This document shows, one piece after another, positions 1 to 8,186 of a stretch of 61,640 nt of DNA. The translations under genes and the position numbers were made by a program. Position 1 is the stretch's first letter. Each line of letters starts with the position of its first letter. Location: the NCBI GenBank assembly GCA_944384185.1, contig CALWSM010000001.1, positions 1-61,640 on the forward strand, written 5' to 3'. The notes under the pieces were generated by a model, which worked only from the letters and a program-made list of their open reading frames with translations, was not told the DNA's origin and did not search any database. The DNA comes from an uncultured Blautia sp. Its GTDB lineage: Bacteria > Bacillota > Clostridia > Lachnospirales > Lachnospiraceae.

Positions 1-981
1 AGCGGGATGCCGGCCATAGTAAACGGCACAACCGGCGAATTTTTCTTAGAGCCCGAGGAAGAGATCTGCCGGCAGGCACAGATATTAATGGAAGAGGAAG
101 AAGAACAGTTTCATTTACTGCAGAACCAGAAGGGGAAAGAAACCATTACCACCTATGGGAAGAAAATACATCTGTATGCAAATATCGGAGGGGTAAAAGA
201 TGTGGGCTATGTATTAGAAAATGATGCAGAAGGGATCGGACTGTTCCGCAGTGAATTTCTTTACCTTGGCAGGACAGATTTTCCTCCTGAGGAAGAACAG
301 TTCCAGGCATATAAGCAAGTTCTCCAGACCATGGCAGGGAAAAAGGTGATCATCCGTACCCTGGATATCGGGGCGGATAAGAAGGTGGATTATTTTAATC
401 TTGAAAAAGAAGAAAACCCCGCCCTTGGCTACCGTGCAATCCGGATCTGCCTGAAGCAGCCGGAAATATTCAAGACACAGCTTCGCGCATTGCTCCGCGC
501 AGGGGTATTTGGCAATCTGGCGGTCATGTATCCGATGATCATCTCTGTGGAAGAAGTAAAGAAGATCTATGAAATCCTTTCCGAGGCAAAAGCAGAACTG
601 GATGAAATGGAAATCCCCTGTAAAATACCGGAACAGGGGATCATGATCGAAACTCCTGCAGCGGTGATGATCAGCGATGAACTGGCAGAGCTGGTAGATT
701 TTTTCAGCATTGGCACCAACGACCTTATCCAGTATACCCTGGCCATCGACAGACAGAATGAAAAGCTGGATGCTTTTTACAACCCCCATCATAAGGCTGT
801 TTTAAAGATGATCCAAATGGTAGTGGACAACGCCCACAAAGCAGGAAAATGGGCAGGGATCTGCGGAGAGCTGGGGGCTGACCCCGGGCTTACGGAAACT
901 TTCATAAAAATGGGCGTTGATGAGCTTTCTGTAGCGCCCTCCATGATTTTAAAACTGAGAAAATTGATCTGTGAACTATAG
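1..981 (+). CDS. ptsI: PTS enzyme I (PEP-protein phosphotransferase), C-terminal part; 5' end outside window
   Basis: Motifs GIGLFRSEFLY, IRTLDIGADK, ENPALGYRAIR, FFSIGTNDL, GICGELG; frame open from base 1. Confidence 0.93.
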   Translation, partial: SGMPAIVNGTTGEFFLEPEEEICRQAQILMEEEEEQFHLLQNQKGKETITTYGKKIHLYANIGGVKDVGYVLENDAEGIGLFRSEFLYLGRTDFPPEEEQFQAYKQVLQTMAGKKVIIRTLDIGADKKVDYFNLEKEENPALGYRAIRICLKQPEIFKTQLRALLRAGVFGNLAVMYPMIISVEEVKKIYEILSEAKAELDEMEIPCKIPEQGIMIETPAAVMISDELAELVDFFSIGTNDLIQYTLAIDRQNEKLDAFYNPHHKAVLKMIQMVVDNAHKAGKWAGICGELGADPGLTETFIKMGVDELSVAPSMILKLRKLICEL

Positions 982-1002
982 AAAACAGACAGATAATTCC
1001 AG

Positions 1003-1044
1003 ACAGTTGCAGGAGCGGCTCACTCGAGCCGCTCCTGCAACTGT
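1003..1044. terminator. Perfect 19-bp inverted repeat between convergent genes
   Basis: ACAGTTGCAGGAGCGGCTC-actc-GAGCCGCTCCTGCAACTGT. Confidence 0.8.
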
Positions 1045-1067
1045 TATATCAGGGCCATACCCCTCCG

Positions 1068-1523
1068 TCATATCACATCCAGGGAAAGATTTCCCGGCAC
1101 CTTGGGCTTCACATTGATCTGGATCTGACAGTCCGCCGCATGCCGGGCGTTGATTTCCAGCGCATAATCGATAGCCAGGTCCAGTCCCTGCTCCTCTTCT
1201 TTCACAGCGATCTTCGTAGCGGCGATCCCCATCTGGAGATTTCCAAAAGGCGTGGCATAATATGTAAGATTTTTCTTATTCTCTTCAAAGATCATCTGAA
1301 CATTGGTCACGCCTTTTTTTCTTACCTCAACGCTTTTGTCTGTGATCTTGATCGTGTTTTTCGTCGGCTCAGGAAAGCCCTCTGTCATTTCTTCATAAAA
1401 AATGTAATGATGGCCGTTTTTGTAGTAATAATCTCCCTTTGCCACCAGCTCTACTTCTTCGGGATTCTCTATGTCGTCCAGAGTCTGAAGTCCTTTGATC
1501 GTAATTAATACGTCCTTTTCCAT
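1068..1523 (-). CDS. DUF1934 family protein
   Basis: 151 aa beta-rich protein, YxTPFGxLxMG motif, directly downstream of murI. Confidence 0.75.
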   Translation of the reverse strand: MEKDVLITIKGLQTLDDIENPEEVELVAKGDYYYKNGHHYIFYEEMTEGFPEPTKNTIKITDKSVEVRKKGVTNVQMIFEENKKNLTYYATPFGNLQMGIAATKIAVKEEEQGLDLAIDYALEINARHAADCQIQINVKPKVPGNLSLDVI

Positions 1524-1526
1524 CTC

Positions 1527-2348
1527 TTAATACTCCTCGATCTGTATCTGTTTGGCGCTCTTAACATCATAGGGCAGTATAGAATTGGCAAATTTCTGAA
1601 AATGTTCTTCCTCATCGCTGACAAAGAACCGGTAGGGAAACTCTTCCTCTTCTTTTCCCTCCCGTAAAAGATCCTTTTCTCCCAGCATCCTCTTCAGGGC
1701 CAGAGCCGTCTCATAGGCCGGGTTTACCAGCGTTACCCGCTCTCCCGCCAATTCTCTCAGCAGAGAACGGAGAAGGGGATAATGGGTACAGCCCAGGATC
1801 AGCGTGTCCACCTCCTGCTCCAGGAGAGGTTCCAGATATCGTCTGGCTACCGCCGCTGTGATCTCATCCTTCAGCCAGCCCTCTTCCACCAGGGGCACAA
1901 ACAGGGGACAGGGCTGTCCGATCACCTGGATCCCCGGATCTGCTTTCTGGATCACCTTCTGGTACAGGCCGGACTTTACCGTGCCTCTGGTGCCGATCAG
2001 ACCGATCTTTCTATTTTTCGTAGTTTCCACCGCCACCTTTGCCCCCGGTTCTACTACGCCGATCATGGGCAGATCTGTCTCGGAAGAAATCGTCTCCAAA
2101 GCCAGAGCGCTGGCTGTATTGCAGGCCACCACAATGGCCTTCACATTCTGGGTCTTCAGAAAACGGACAATCTGTCTGGAATAACGGATAATGGTTTCTT
2201 TGGATTTGCTTCCATAGGGAACTCTGGCCGTATCGCCGAAATATACAATTTTTTCCTGGGGAAGATTCCTCATGATTTCTCTGGCTACGGTCAGCCCTCC
2301 CACCCCTGAGTCAAACACTCCGATAGGGGCGTCCTTTAACTGCTTCAT
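1527..2348 (-). CDS. murI: Glutamate racemase
   Basis: IGVFDSGVGG, VVACNTAS, LILGCTHYP motifs. Confidence 0.97.
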   Translation of the reverse strand: MKQLKDAPIGVFDSGVGGLTVAREIMRNLPQEKIVYFGDTARVPYGSKSKETIIRYSRQIVRFLKTQNVKAIVVACNTASALALETISSETDLPMIGVVEPGAKVAVETTKNRKIGLIGTRGTVKSGLYQKVIQKADPGIQVIGQPCPLFVPLVEEGWLKDEITAAVARRYLEPLLEQEVDTLILGCTHYPLLRSLLRELAGERVTLVNPAYETALALKRMLGEKDLLREGKEEEEFPYRFFVSDEEEHFQKFANSILPYDVKSAKQIQIEEY

Positions 2349-2385
2349 AAATCAACCTCTTTAACTGTTAATATCACTGTGTCTC

Positions 2386-2414
2386 ATTGTACCCTTAACA
2401 GCTAAAGATTTCAA
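2386..2414 (-). promoter_or_regulatory. SigA-type promoter of murI
   Basis: TTGAAA-17 bp-TACAAT on minus strand. Confidence 0.65.
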
Positions 2415-2416
2415 GC

Positions 2417-3097
2417 CTAAAACCATTTAAAACCTATCCTTACCTTTTTCTTTTCCGCCTGATTCCCCAGGATCCTCTGAAATTCCTCTTCTGTAAGAAG
2501 TTCTTTCAGTTCTTCTTTCTTATCCCCTGTGACGATCCCCCAGGTATCGTCAATAAAGCAGAGGCTGGGATAAAGAACGCACCACCAGTTCTTTCCCTCC
2601 CCTCTGCCGATCCGGACGTTCAACGCCTCATATTCCCCCGCCGGGAAGGTACAGTCCCCATAGGTCTTATCTGGGAAATAAGTTTTCTCCACACAGGCGG
2701 TCACGGGATAGGTTTTTCCCATATTTTTCACTGTTCTCCCGGCGGTCTCTTGTATTTTTGACAGATTTTCAAGAACCCAGCTCCTGGTTTCTTCAAGATC
2801 CGCCTCTTCCCCCAGATTTTTCTCCAGACATTCTACAACGGAATTTTTCACCTCCATCTTCAATTCCTGGTCTTCTTTACTGTCGCTGTTGGCAATGACA
2901 TGAAGGCGGAAGATTTCCTCAGCGATCCCCGCCTGGATCTCCCGGTCCAGGCGTTCCTGCAGGTCCTCATTCTCTTTTCCCAGAACGGCATTCTGCCGGG
3001 AAAGGGTCAGAAGCGCTCCTGTCAGCCCTATCAGTAAACTCCATAACAGAAACCTCCGCCTCCCTGTTCTTCTTTTCTCTTCTCTCATCCCTCTCAT
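2417..3097 (-). CDS. spoIIR: Stage II sporulation protein R
   Basis: RLHVIANSDS..DQ.LK, FP.K.YG...PAG.Y.AL and G.G.NWWCVLYP motifs; N-terminal signal/TM segment; GGAGG RBS. Confidence 0.93.
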   Translation of the reverse strand: MRGMREEKRRTGRRRFLLWSLLIGLTGALLTLSRQNAVLGKENEDLQERLDREIQAGIAEEIFRLHVIANSDSKEDQELKMEVKNSVVECLEKNLGEEADLEETRSWVLENLSKIQETAGRTVKNMGKTYPVTACVEKTYFPDKTYGDCTFPAGEYEALNVRIGRGEGKNWWCVLYPSLCFIDDTWGIVTGDKKEELKELLTEEEFQRILGNQAEKKKVRIGFKWF

Positions 3098-3123
3098 CTG
3101 TACGGCACCTCCTGCTCATTCTA

Positions 3124-4782
3124 TCAGGAGTGTTGACGGATACTGGGCTTCTTATTCACAATAGTTACTTCCGGAAGCCCGGGATATTCTTCTTCTCTGT
3201 GCCATGCTCCGTAAAGGTCCTGGAGGATCACTGGCTTCTGCTTTTTCTTGTCCAGGGTATTTTCCAGGATCCCTGTAAGATAGTCTCCTACAGAATCCAC
3301 TCCCTGCCCGTCCAGACTCATCAACGTCTCTATATTTTCTGTGGTAAACACATATATATTTCCCGCCACCGCCGGATTTTCTTCCAGAAAACCCAGGAGT
3401 TCCGCCATAGCCTCCCTGTTTTCTGTAATCCTTTTCCCAAGGATAATCGCTTTCATATGTCCCATATCCAGATAATTTTCCTGATTTTCCCGGAATCGTT
3501 CCTGGGCGTCTTCCAGCGTGGCTCCTTCATAAACCAGAGCCTGTTCCTCTCCGGACTGGGTTTCCTCCTTGTCCTGTCCCGTAACCTTGGACAACTGGGG
3601 GATCCCGTAGCTCAACCGGTAATATCCGTTCTCATAATCCACTCCCATGGACATGGGAAACACCCGATCCTCCAAGGAGATCCCGCATCCGGACAACGCC
3701 AGCAGCGTCAGAAGAAAAAGCCCGGCCCTTGGTATCTTTCCTTTTTTCCCTGTAAACCCGGAAAGTAAAAGGAGAAGGAGCAGCATTGGTCCGTAAAATC
3801 CCATGGTAAACCGGATAAAAAATTCCGGATGGATCTGAGCCCTTTCGCAGCCCAGCGCCCCCAGCACTACGGCTCCTCCAGCCACAAGCGCTGATTTTTC
3901 CAGATGGATCCTTACCAATAGTTCATGACTATAAAAAAAGACGCTGCCAATGGCAAAAAGAAGGCTGAACACTAAAGCGGCCACCCAGAAGAGATCCACT
4001 CTTTCCAGGAAATCCCCAGGCAGACGTACGCCGCTCATAAGCCGGATAACCGGAAATTCTTCGTGTTCATAGCTTCCCAGTCCAAAGCTTCCCTGAAGGA
4101 GGATCAGGGTCAGGGTCAAAAGGCCTGCAATCACTCCCAGGACGGCCCACATAACCTTTCCCGTACCTGCCGGATGCTTTACATTCCCCAGAGCAACAGG
4201 CAGAAAAGCAAAAGGAAGAAAAACACACAGCATCTGCCAGCTTCCTCCGGCCCATCCTGCAAAGGACAGGGTTCCCGTTTCCTCCAGATATTCCGGCCGA
4301 ACCTGGGTCGCCGCCAGAAGGAGCATGCCCGCCAGGATCAGGAACAGGACAGGAAAGGAAACTTCCGCCATTCTCCCCCGCCTTTCCAGGCCCTGATGGC
4401 TGCCCAGATATGCGGCAAAGGCTGCCAGAAGGATCACAATCCAGGAAGGACTTCCTTCTATGAGAAATTCACCGGTAATCCTTGCCGTCATCAGCAAAAG
4501 AAAGACCCCCACAAACCAAAGCCAGGATGTGTAGAGAAGAATAAAGGCTTTTCCCCATATTTTCCCCATATATCCTTCCGGATCCCGGAAGGTATTTCTG
4601 GCCCGGATAAAATAGATACCTAAAACCCCATAGAGTCCGGCTCCGGTAAGAATGCACAGCACTCCCTGCCGTCCTGTCATATCCGGCAGTACAGGAACCG
4701 CTAAAAAATAGACGCCGAGAAGGCTGGTAAGCATCTGCCGGAAGAGCTGTCTATGAGAAATCCTTGCATTATCGGTGTACAT
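3124..4782 (-). CDS. GerAB-type membrane subunit fused to a truncated GerAC-like lipoprotein domain
   Basis: About 10 hydrophobic helices with FLERVDLF motif, then internal lipobox LLALSGC (Cys366) and GerC-like LEDRVFPMSMGVD and HMKAIILG segments; overlaps gerAA end. Confidence 0.75.
   Translation of the reverse strand: MYTDNARISHRQLFRQMLTSLLGVYFLAVPVLPDMTGRQGVLCILTGAGLYGVLGIYFIRARNTFRDPEGYMGKIWGKAFILLYTSWLWFVGVFLLLMTARITGEFLIEGSPSWIVILLAAFAAYLGSHQGLERRGRMAEVSFPVLFLILAGMLLLAATQVRPEYLEETGTLSFAGWAGGSWQMLCVFLPFAFLPVALGNVKHPAGTGKVMWAVLGVIAGLLTLTLILLQGSFGLGSYEHEEFPVIRLMSGVRLPGDFLERVDLFWVAALVFSLLFAIGSVFFYSHELLVRIHLEKSALVAGGAVVLGALGCERAQIHPEFFIRFTMGFYGPMLLLLLLLSGFTGKKGKIPRAGLFLLTLLALSGCGISLEDRVFPMSMGVDYENGYYRLSYGIPQLSKVTGQDKEETQSGEEQALVYEGATLEDAQERFRENQENYLDMGHMKAIILGKRITENREAMAELLGFLEENPAVAGNIYVFTTENIETLMSLDGQGVDSVGDYLTGILENTLDKKKQKPVILQDLYGAWHREEEYPGLPEVTIVNKKPSIRQHS
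3128..3157 (-). promoter_or_regulatory. Candidate SigF-type promoter of spoIIR
   Basis: GAATA-15 bp-GTCAACACTC, partial match to SigF consensus; spoIIR is an established SigF target. Confidence 0.4.
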
Positions 4783-6283
4783 GCCCTTCCTCCTTTTTTC
4801 TCTTCTTATGCCATATTTTTATCTGTTCTTCCTTTCTGGCGTAAACAGGCCGTTTGTTGAGCAAAGGCAGGGGAAAACGGATAAAGCTGTCTCTTTCTCC
4901 GCAGTATCCCTCTTTATTCTGCGCTGCAAAGGGCGACAGATAAGGGATCCCGAAGCTTTTTTGCCCTGCCAGATGGCTCAGCACCAGATACAGTCCCAGG
5001 ATCATTCCGAAAACTCCCAAAGTTCCTCCCAGCATGATAAATCCGAATTTTAAAAGACGGAAGGGAGCGGAGAATTCATCGGCAGGAATGGCCAGCGAGC
5101 TGAGGGCCGATACAGCTACTACCACTACCACGATAGGACTCACCAGATTCGCCGTCACCGCCGCCTGCCCGATGATCAGGCCCCCCACGATCCCGATGGT
5201 GCCGCCTAAAGGGCCGGGCATCCGCACTCCCGCTTCCCGTATCATCTCAAAGGCCAGCTCCATGAGAAGGATTTCCAGTATCCCGGGAAAAGGGACTCCC
5301 TGCCTGGCTTCCGAAAAGGACAGGATCAGGTTGGTGGGCAGCACCTGGGTGTGAAAATTCGTCACCGCCAGATAAGCGCCGGAAAACAGCATAGTCATAA
5401 GTACAGCTCCATAGCGGAGAATCCGCTGAAGGGATACAATGGCAAAGCGGTTGTAGTAGTCTTCGCTGACCTGCAGAAAATCATTGAAAACCGCCGGCAG
5501 CAGCAGACCAGCCGGAGAATGGTCGGTAAGGATCAGGATCCTGCCGTTTAAGATCTCGGCGGCACATTTATCCGGCCGCTCTGTAGTCTGAAACTGAGGG
5601 AAGGGAGACAGCCAGCTGGTCTCGGTCATCTGTTCCAGGATCCCGGTATCCAGCACCCCGTCTATGATAAAGCTGTCCAGTCTTTTTTCAATTGCTTCCA
5701 CCAGCCCCGGCCGGACCAGGTCTTCCATATACAGAACCTGGACCACTGTCTGGCTTCTCTCCCCCAGGATCTTCTGCTTCACCTTCAGCCGGGTGTCCCG
5801 GATCCTTTTGCGGACCAATGCAGAATTTGTCTTTACGGAATCTGTAAATCCTTCTTTAGAGCCCCGAAGGACCTTTTCCCTGTCGGATTCCGATACGCTC
5901 AGATTGGGATAGCCTTTACTGGAAATTTTCACAGCTCTGGCATATCCGTCCAGGAAAAATACGGCGTTTCCAGCCAGCGTGGAGGCAAAAACCTCTTCCA
6001 TAGTATCCAGAGGCTGGACGTCGGAAATCCCCATACCATTGTCCTTTACAAATTCCAGGATCTTGTGGGAAGGCATTTCCCACATATGATTGACCAGCTT
6101 GCCGATCACAGAATCCTCCAACACCATATTACTTACCGCCACTTCAATATAGACTACCAGGCACCGGATCTTCCGTCCTTCTCCCAGAAGCATAGGGCGG
6201 ATAATAAAATCATCGCAGTTCTCCAGCCGTTTTCTTACATAAGCTTCATTTTCTTCTATCCTGCAGGAAATTTTCTGTTCCAT
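4769..6283 (-). CDS. gerAA: Spore germination receptor subunit A (GerAA family)
   Basis: RGSKEGFTDS, SPFPQFQTTERPD, EMIREAGVRMP, IVGGLIIGQAAV motifs; start moved to ATG at 6283 behind AAGGAG. Confidence 0.9.
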   Translation of the reverse strand: MEQKISCRIEENEAYVRKRLENCDDFIIRPMLLGEGRKIRCLVVYIEVAVSNMVLEDSVIGKLVNHMWEMPSHKILEFVKDNGMGISDVQPLDTMEEVFASTLAGNAVFFLDGYARAVKISSKGYPNLSVSESDREKVLRGSKEGFTDSVKTNSALVRKRIRDTRLKVKQKILGERSQTVVQVLYMEDLVRPGLVEAIEKRLDSFIIDGVLDTGILEQMTETSWLSPFPQFQTTERPDKCAAEILNGRILILTDHSPAGLLLPAVFNDFLQVSEDYYNRFAIVSLQRILRYGAVLMTMLFSGAYLAVTNFHTQVLPTNLILSFSEARQGVPFPGILEILLMELAFEMIREAGVRMPGPLGGTIGIVGGLIIGQAAVTANLVSPIVVVVVAVSALSSLAIPADEFSAPFRLLKFGFIMLGGTLGVFGMILGLYLVLSHLAGQKSFGIPYLSPFAAQNKEGYCGERDSFIRFPLPLLNKRPVYARKEEQIKIWHKKRKKEEGHVHR

Positions 6284-6293
6284 TTTATTTCTC

Positions 6294-6431
6294 CTTCCCG
6301 GGCTTATCCAATCGCTTCGGCTCCGCCTCACGATTGCTGCGATAACGCACAGCTCGCTGCTCCGCTGCTCGCTGTACTTGCCCGGCAAATGTCTGCCCGT
6401 GCAAGCACGGCAGCCGCTTCCCGGGCTTATC
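6294..6431. repeat. Hairpin-rich GC element bounded by a 15-bp direct repeat (REP/MITE-like or structured leader)
   Basis: CTTCCCGGGCTTATC at 6294-6308 and 6417-6431; internal stems CAATCG/CGATTG, ACAGC/GCTGT, CCGTGC-aa-GCACGG. Confidence 0.6.
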
Positions 6432-6435
6432 GCAC

Positions 6436-6466
6436 AAAGAGCGCCGCCAGGTTTGGTGCGCTCTTT
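6436..6466 (-). terminator. Hairpin downstream of gntR
   Basis: AAAGAGCGC...GCGCTCTTT 9-bp arms. Confidence 0.55.
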
Positions 6467-6490
6467 TAGTGTGTGTTTTTTTTTCTGTTT

Positions 6491-7162
6491 TTATTCGTTG
6501 TCCTGGTTCAGGCCCCGGATGATGGCTTTCTGCTGGTTATCGATATGGACCCGTATGCAATCCAGGGCTTTTGTCTCGTCTCCTGCCCGGAGAGCCTCGC
6601 AGATGGAACGGTGCTCTTCCGCCAACGTCCGGCGGACTGCGATGTCCTTCAGATATTCTACCCGGTAACGGTACATCTGTTCCCGAAGATTGTTCAACAT
6701 CTGTACCAGCCTCTGATTATTGGTAGCCTTATAGATCGTATCATGGAATTCCACGTCCAGTTCTGCCAGCTCTGTCAGATTTCCCCCTTCGATCCTGGCC
6801 TGAAATTTTCCTTCGATCTCATCCAGCTTATCCAGTTTTTCCCTGGTAATGCGCTGGCAGGCCAGAGAAACCGCCAGCACTTCCATGCCCTTCCGCACCT
6901 CCAGTACATCGTTCAGATCCCTCTCTGTTATAGAAGCCACCTTGGCGCCCTTTCTGGGAGCCATCACCACCAGTCCCTCCAGTTCCAGCTTTCGGATCGC
7001 CTCTCTGATCGGCGTCCGGCTCACTCCCAGCTTATCAGCCAGGGCGATCTCCATCAGCCGCTCTCCCGGTTTCAATTCTCCTTTTAAAATAGCTGCCCGC
7101 AGCGTGTTAAACACCACGTCCCTTAAAGGCAGATATTCATCCATATGCATTTCCAGCTCCAT
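6491..7162 (-). CDS. GntR family (FCD-type) transcriptional regulator
   Basis: LKPGERL.E..LA..LGVSRTPIREA HTH; D.EFH and EH motifs in C-terminal domain. Confidence 0.92.
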   Translation of the reverse strand: MELEMHMDEYLPLRDVVFNTLRAAILKGELKPGERLMEIALADKLGVSRTPIREAIRKLELEGLVVMAPRKGAKVASITERDLNDVLEVRKGMEVLAVSLACQRITREKLDKLDEIEGKFQARIEGGNLTELAELDVEFHDTIYKATNNQRLVQMLNNLREQMYRYRVEYLKDIAVRRTLAEEHRSICEALRAGDETKALDCIRVHIDNQQKAIIRGLNQDNE

Positions 7163-7164
7163 GT

Positions 7165-8037
7165 TTATTTCCTCCTTCCTCCGTTGTTGAACACTGTGGT
7201 CAAGAAAACCGTCTTCGCCAGATGGCTGGCCCGGAGCGCCTCGCAGGCCTGCTGGGCCGTATGTCTATCGTCAAAAAGCCCGAATACGGTAGGACCGCTG
7301 CCGCTCATAAGAGCGTTCAGGGCTCCATGCTCTTTCATGTGGTCCTTGATCTCCTGGATCACCGGATATTTGGGAATGGTCACCGTCTCCAGAACATTCC
7401 CCATCAGATCGGCGATCTTATACAGATTCTGCCATTGAATGGCTTCCAGCATTCCGTCGATATTGGGATGTTCTTTCAGCTTATCTGCATGAAGGTTTTC
7501 ATAAACAAATTTTGTGGAAACACTGATCCCCGGCTTGCCGATCAGCACATAACAGCCGGGACATGGGCTCAGAGAACGGAGCTTGTCCCCGATCCCCTCT
7601 GCAAGGGCGGTTCCCCGGAGAAGGCAGTAGGGAACATCCGCCCCCACCTTTACCCCTCTCTCCATCAGTTCTTTTACAGAAAGACCCAGACCAAACAGAC
7701 GGTTGACGCCGATCATGGCCGCCGCTGCATCCGAACTTCCTCCCGCCATGCCGGCGGCAACCGGAATAAATTTCTGCAGTTCCACAGTGATCCCCCTGGA
7801 GATCTGAAATTCGTCCATCAAAAGCCTGGCCGCTTTATACACCAGATTATTTTCATTTGTGGGAATAAAAGGAAGATTGGTGGAAATATGGATTCCCGGC
7901 TCCTGGCAGATCTGGATTTCCAGTTGGTCGTACATATTAATGGTCTGCATGATCATCCGCAGCTCATGATATCCGTCTTCTCTTTTTCTCAAAACATCCA
8001 GTCCCAGATTGATCTTGGCCAGCGCTCTTAATCTCAT
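7165..8037 (-). CDS. ispE: 4-(cytidine 5'-diphospho)-2-C-methyl-D-erythritol kinase
   Basis: AKINLGLDV, IPVAAGMAGGSSDAA, MSGSGPTVF; start set at MRLRALAK behind GGAGG. Confidence 0.95.
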   Translation of the reverse strand: MRLRALAKINLGLDVLRKREDGYHELRMIMQTINMYDQLEIQICQEPGIHISTNLPFIPTNENNLVYKAARLLMDEFQISRGITVELQKFIPVAAGMAGGSSDAAAAMIGVNRLFGLGLSVKELMERGVKVGADVPYCLLRGTALAEGIGDKLRSLSPCPGCYVLIGKPGISVSTKFVYENLHADKLKEHPNIDGMLEAIQWQNLYKIADLMGNVLETVTIPKYPVIQEIKDHMKEHGALNALMSGSGPTVFGLFDDRHTAQQACEALRASHLAKTVFLTTVFNNGGRRK

Positions 8038-8087
8038 GATCGTTCCTCCCTTATCTCCTGTATATTGTATCCCTTCTGATACATTCC

Positions 8088-8116
8088 ATTCTAGCGGAAA
8101 TAATCGCATTTTTCAA
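8088..8116 (-). promoter_or_regulatory. SigA-type promoter of ispE-gntR
   Basis: TTGAAA-17 bp-TAGAAT. Confidence 0.6.
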
Positions 8117-8125
8117 CCTAAAATA

Positions 8126-8178
8126 AGAGTATCCCCGGAAACTCCGGGATCCGCCCCGGAGTCTTCGCAGGATACTCT
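8126..8178 (-). terminator. Terminator after sipL-like gene
   Basis: AGAGTATCC..ACTCCGGG/CCCGGAGT..GGATACTCT stem followed by T-rich tract on minus strand. Confidence 0.6.
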
Positions 8179-8186
8179 CCATTCCG

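Noticed and set aside
6284-6388. N-terminal extension of GerAA in the ORF track (similar extensions for ispE, the aminotransferase, the response regulator and asnS)
   Set aside because: Downstream ATGs have clear Shine-Dalgarno sequences, and the extensions run through promoters, repeats or neighbouring genes
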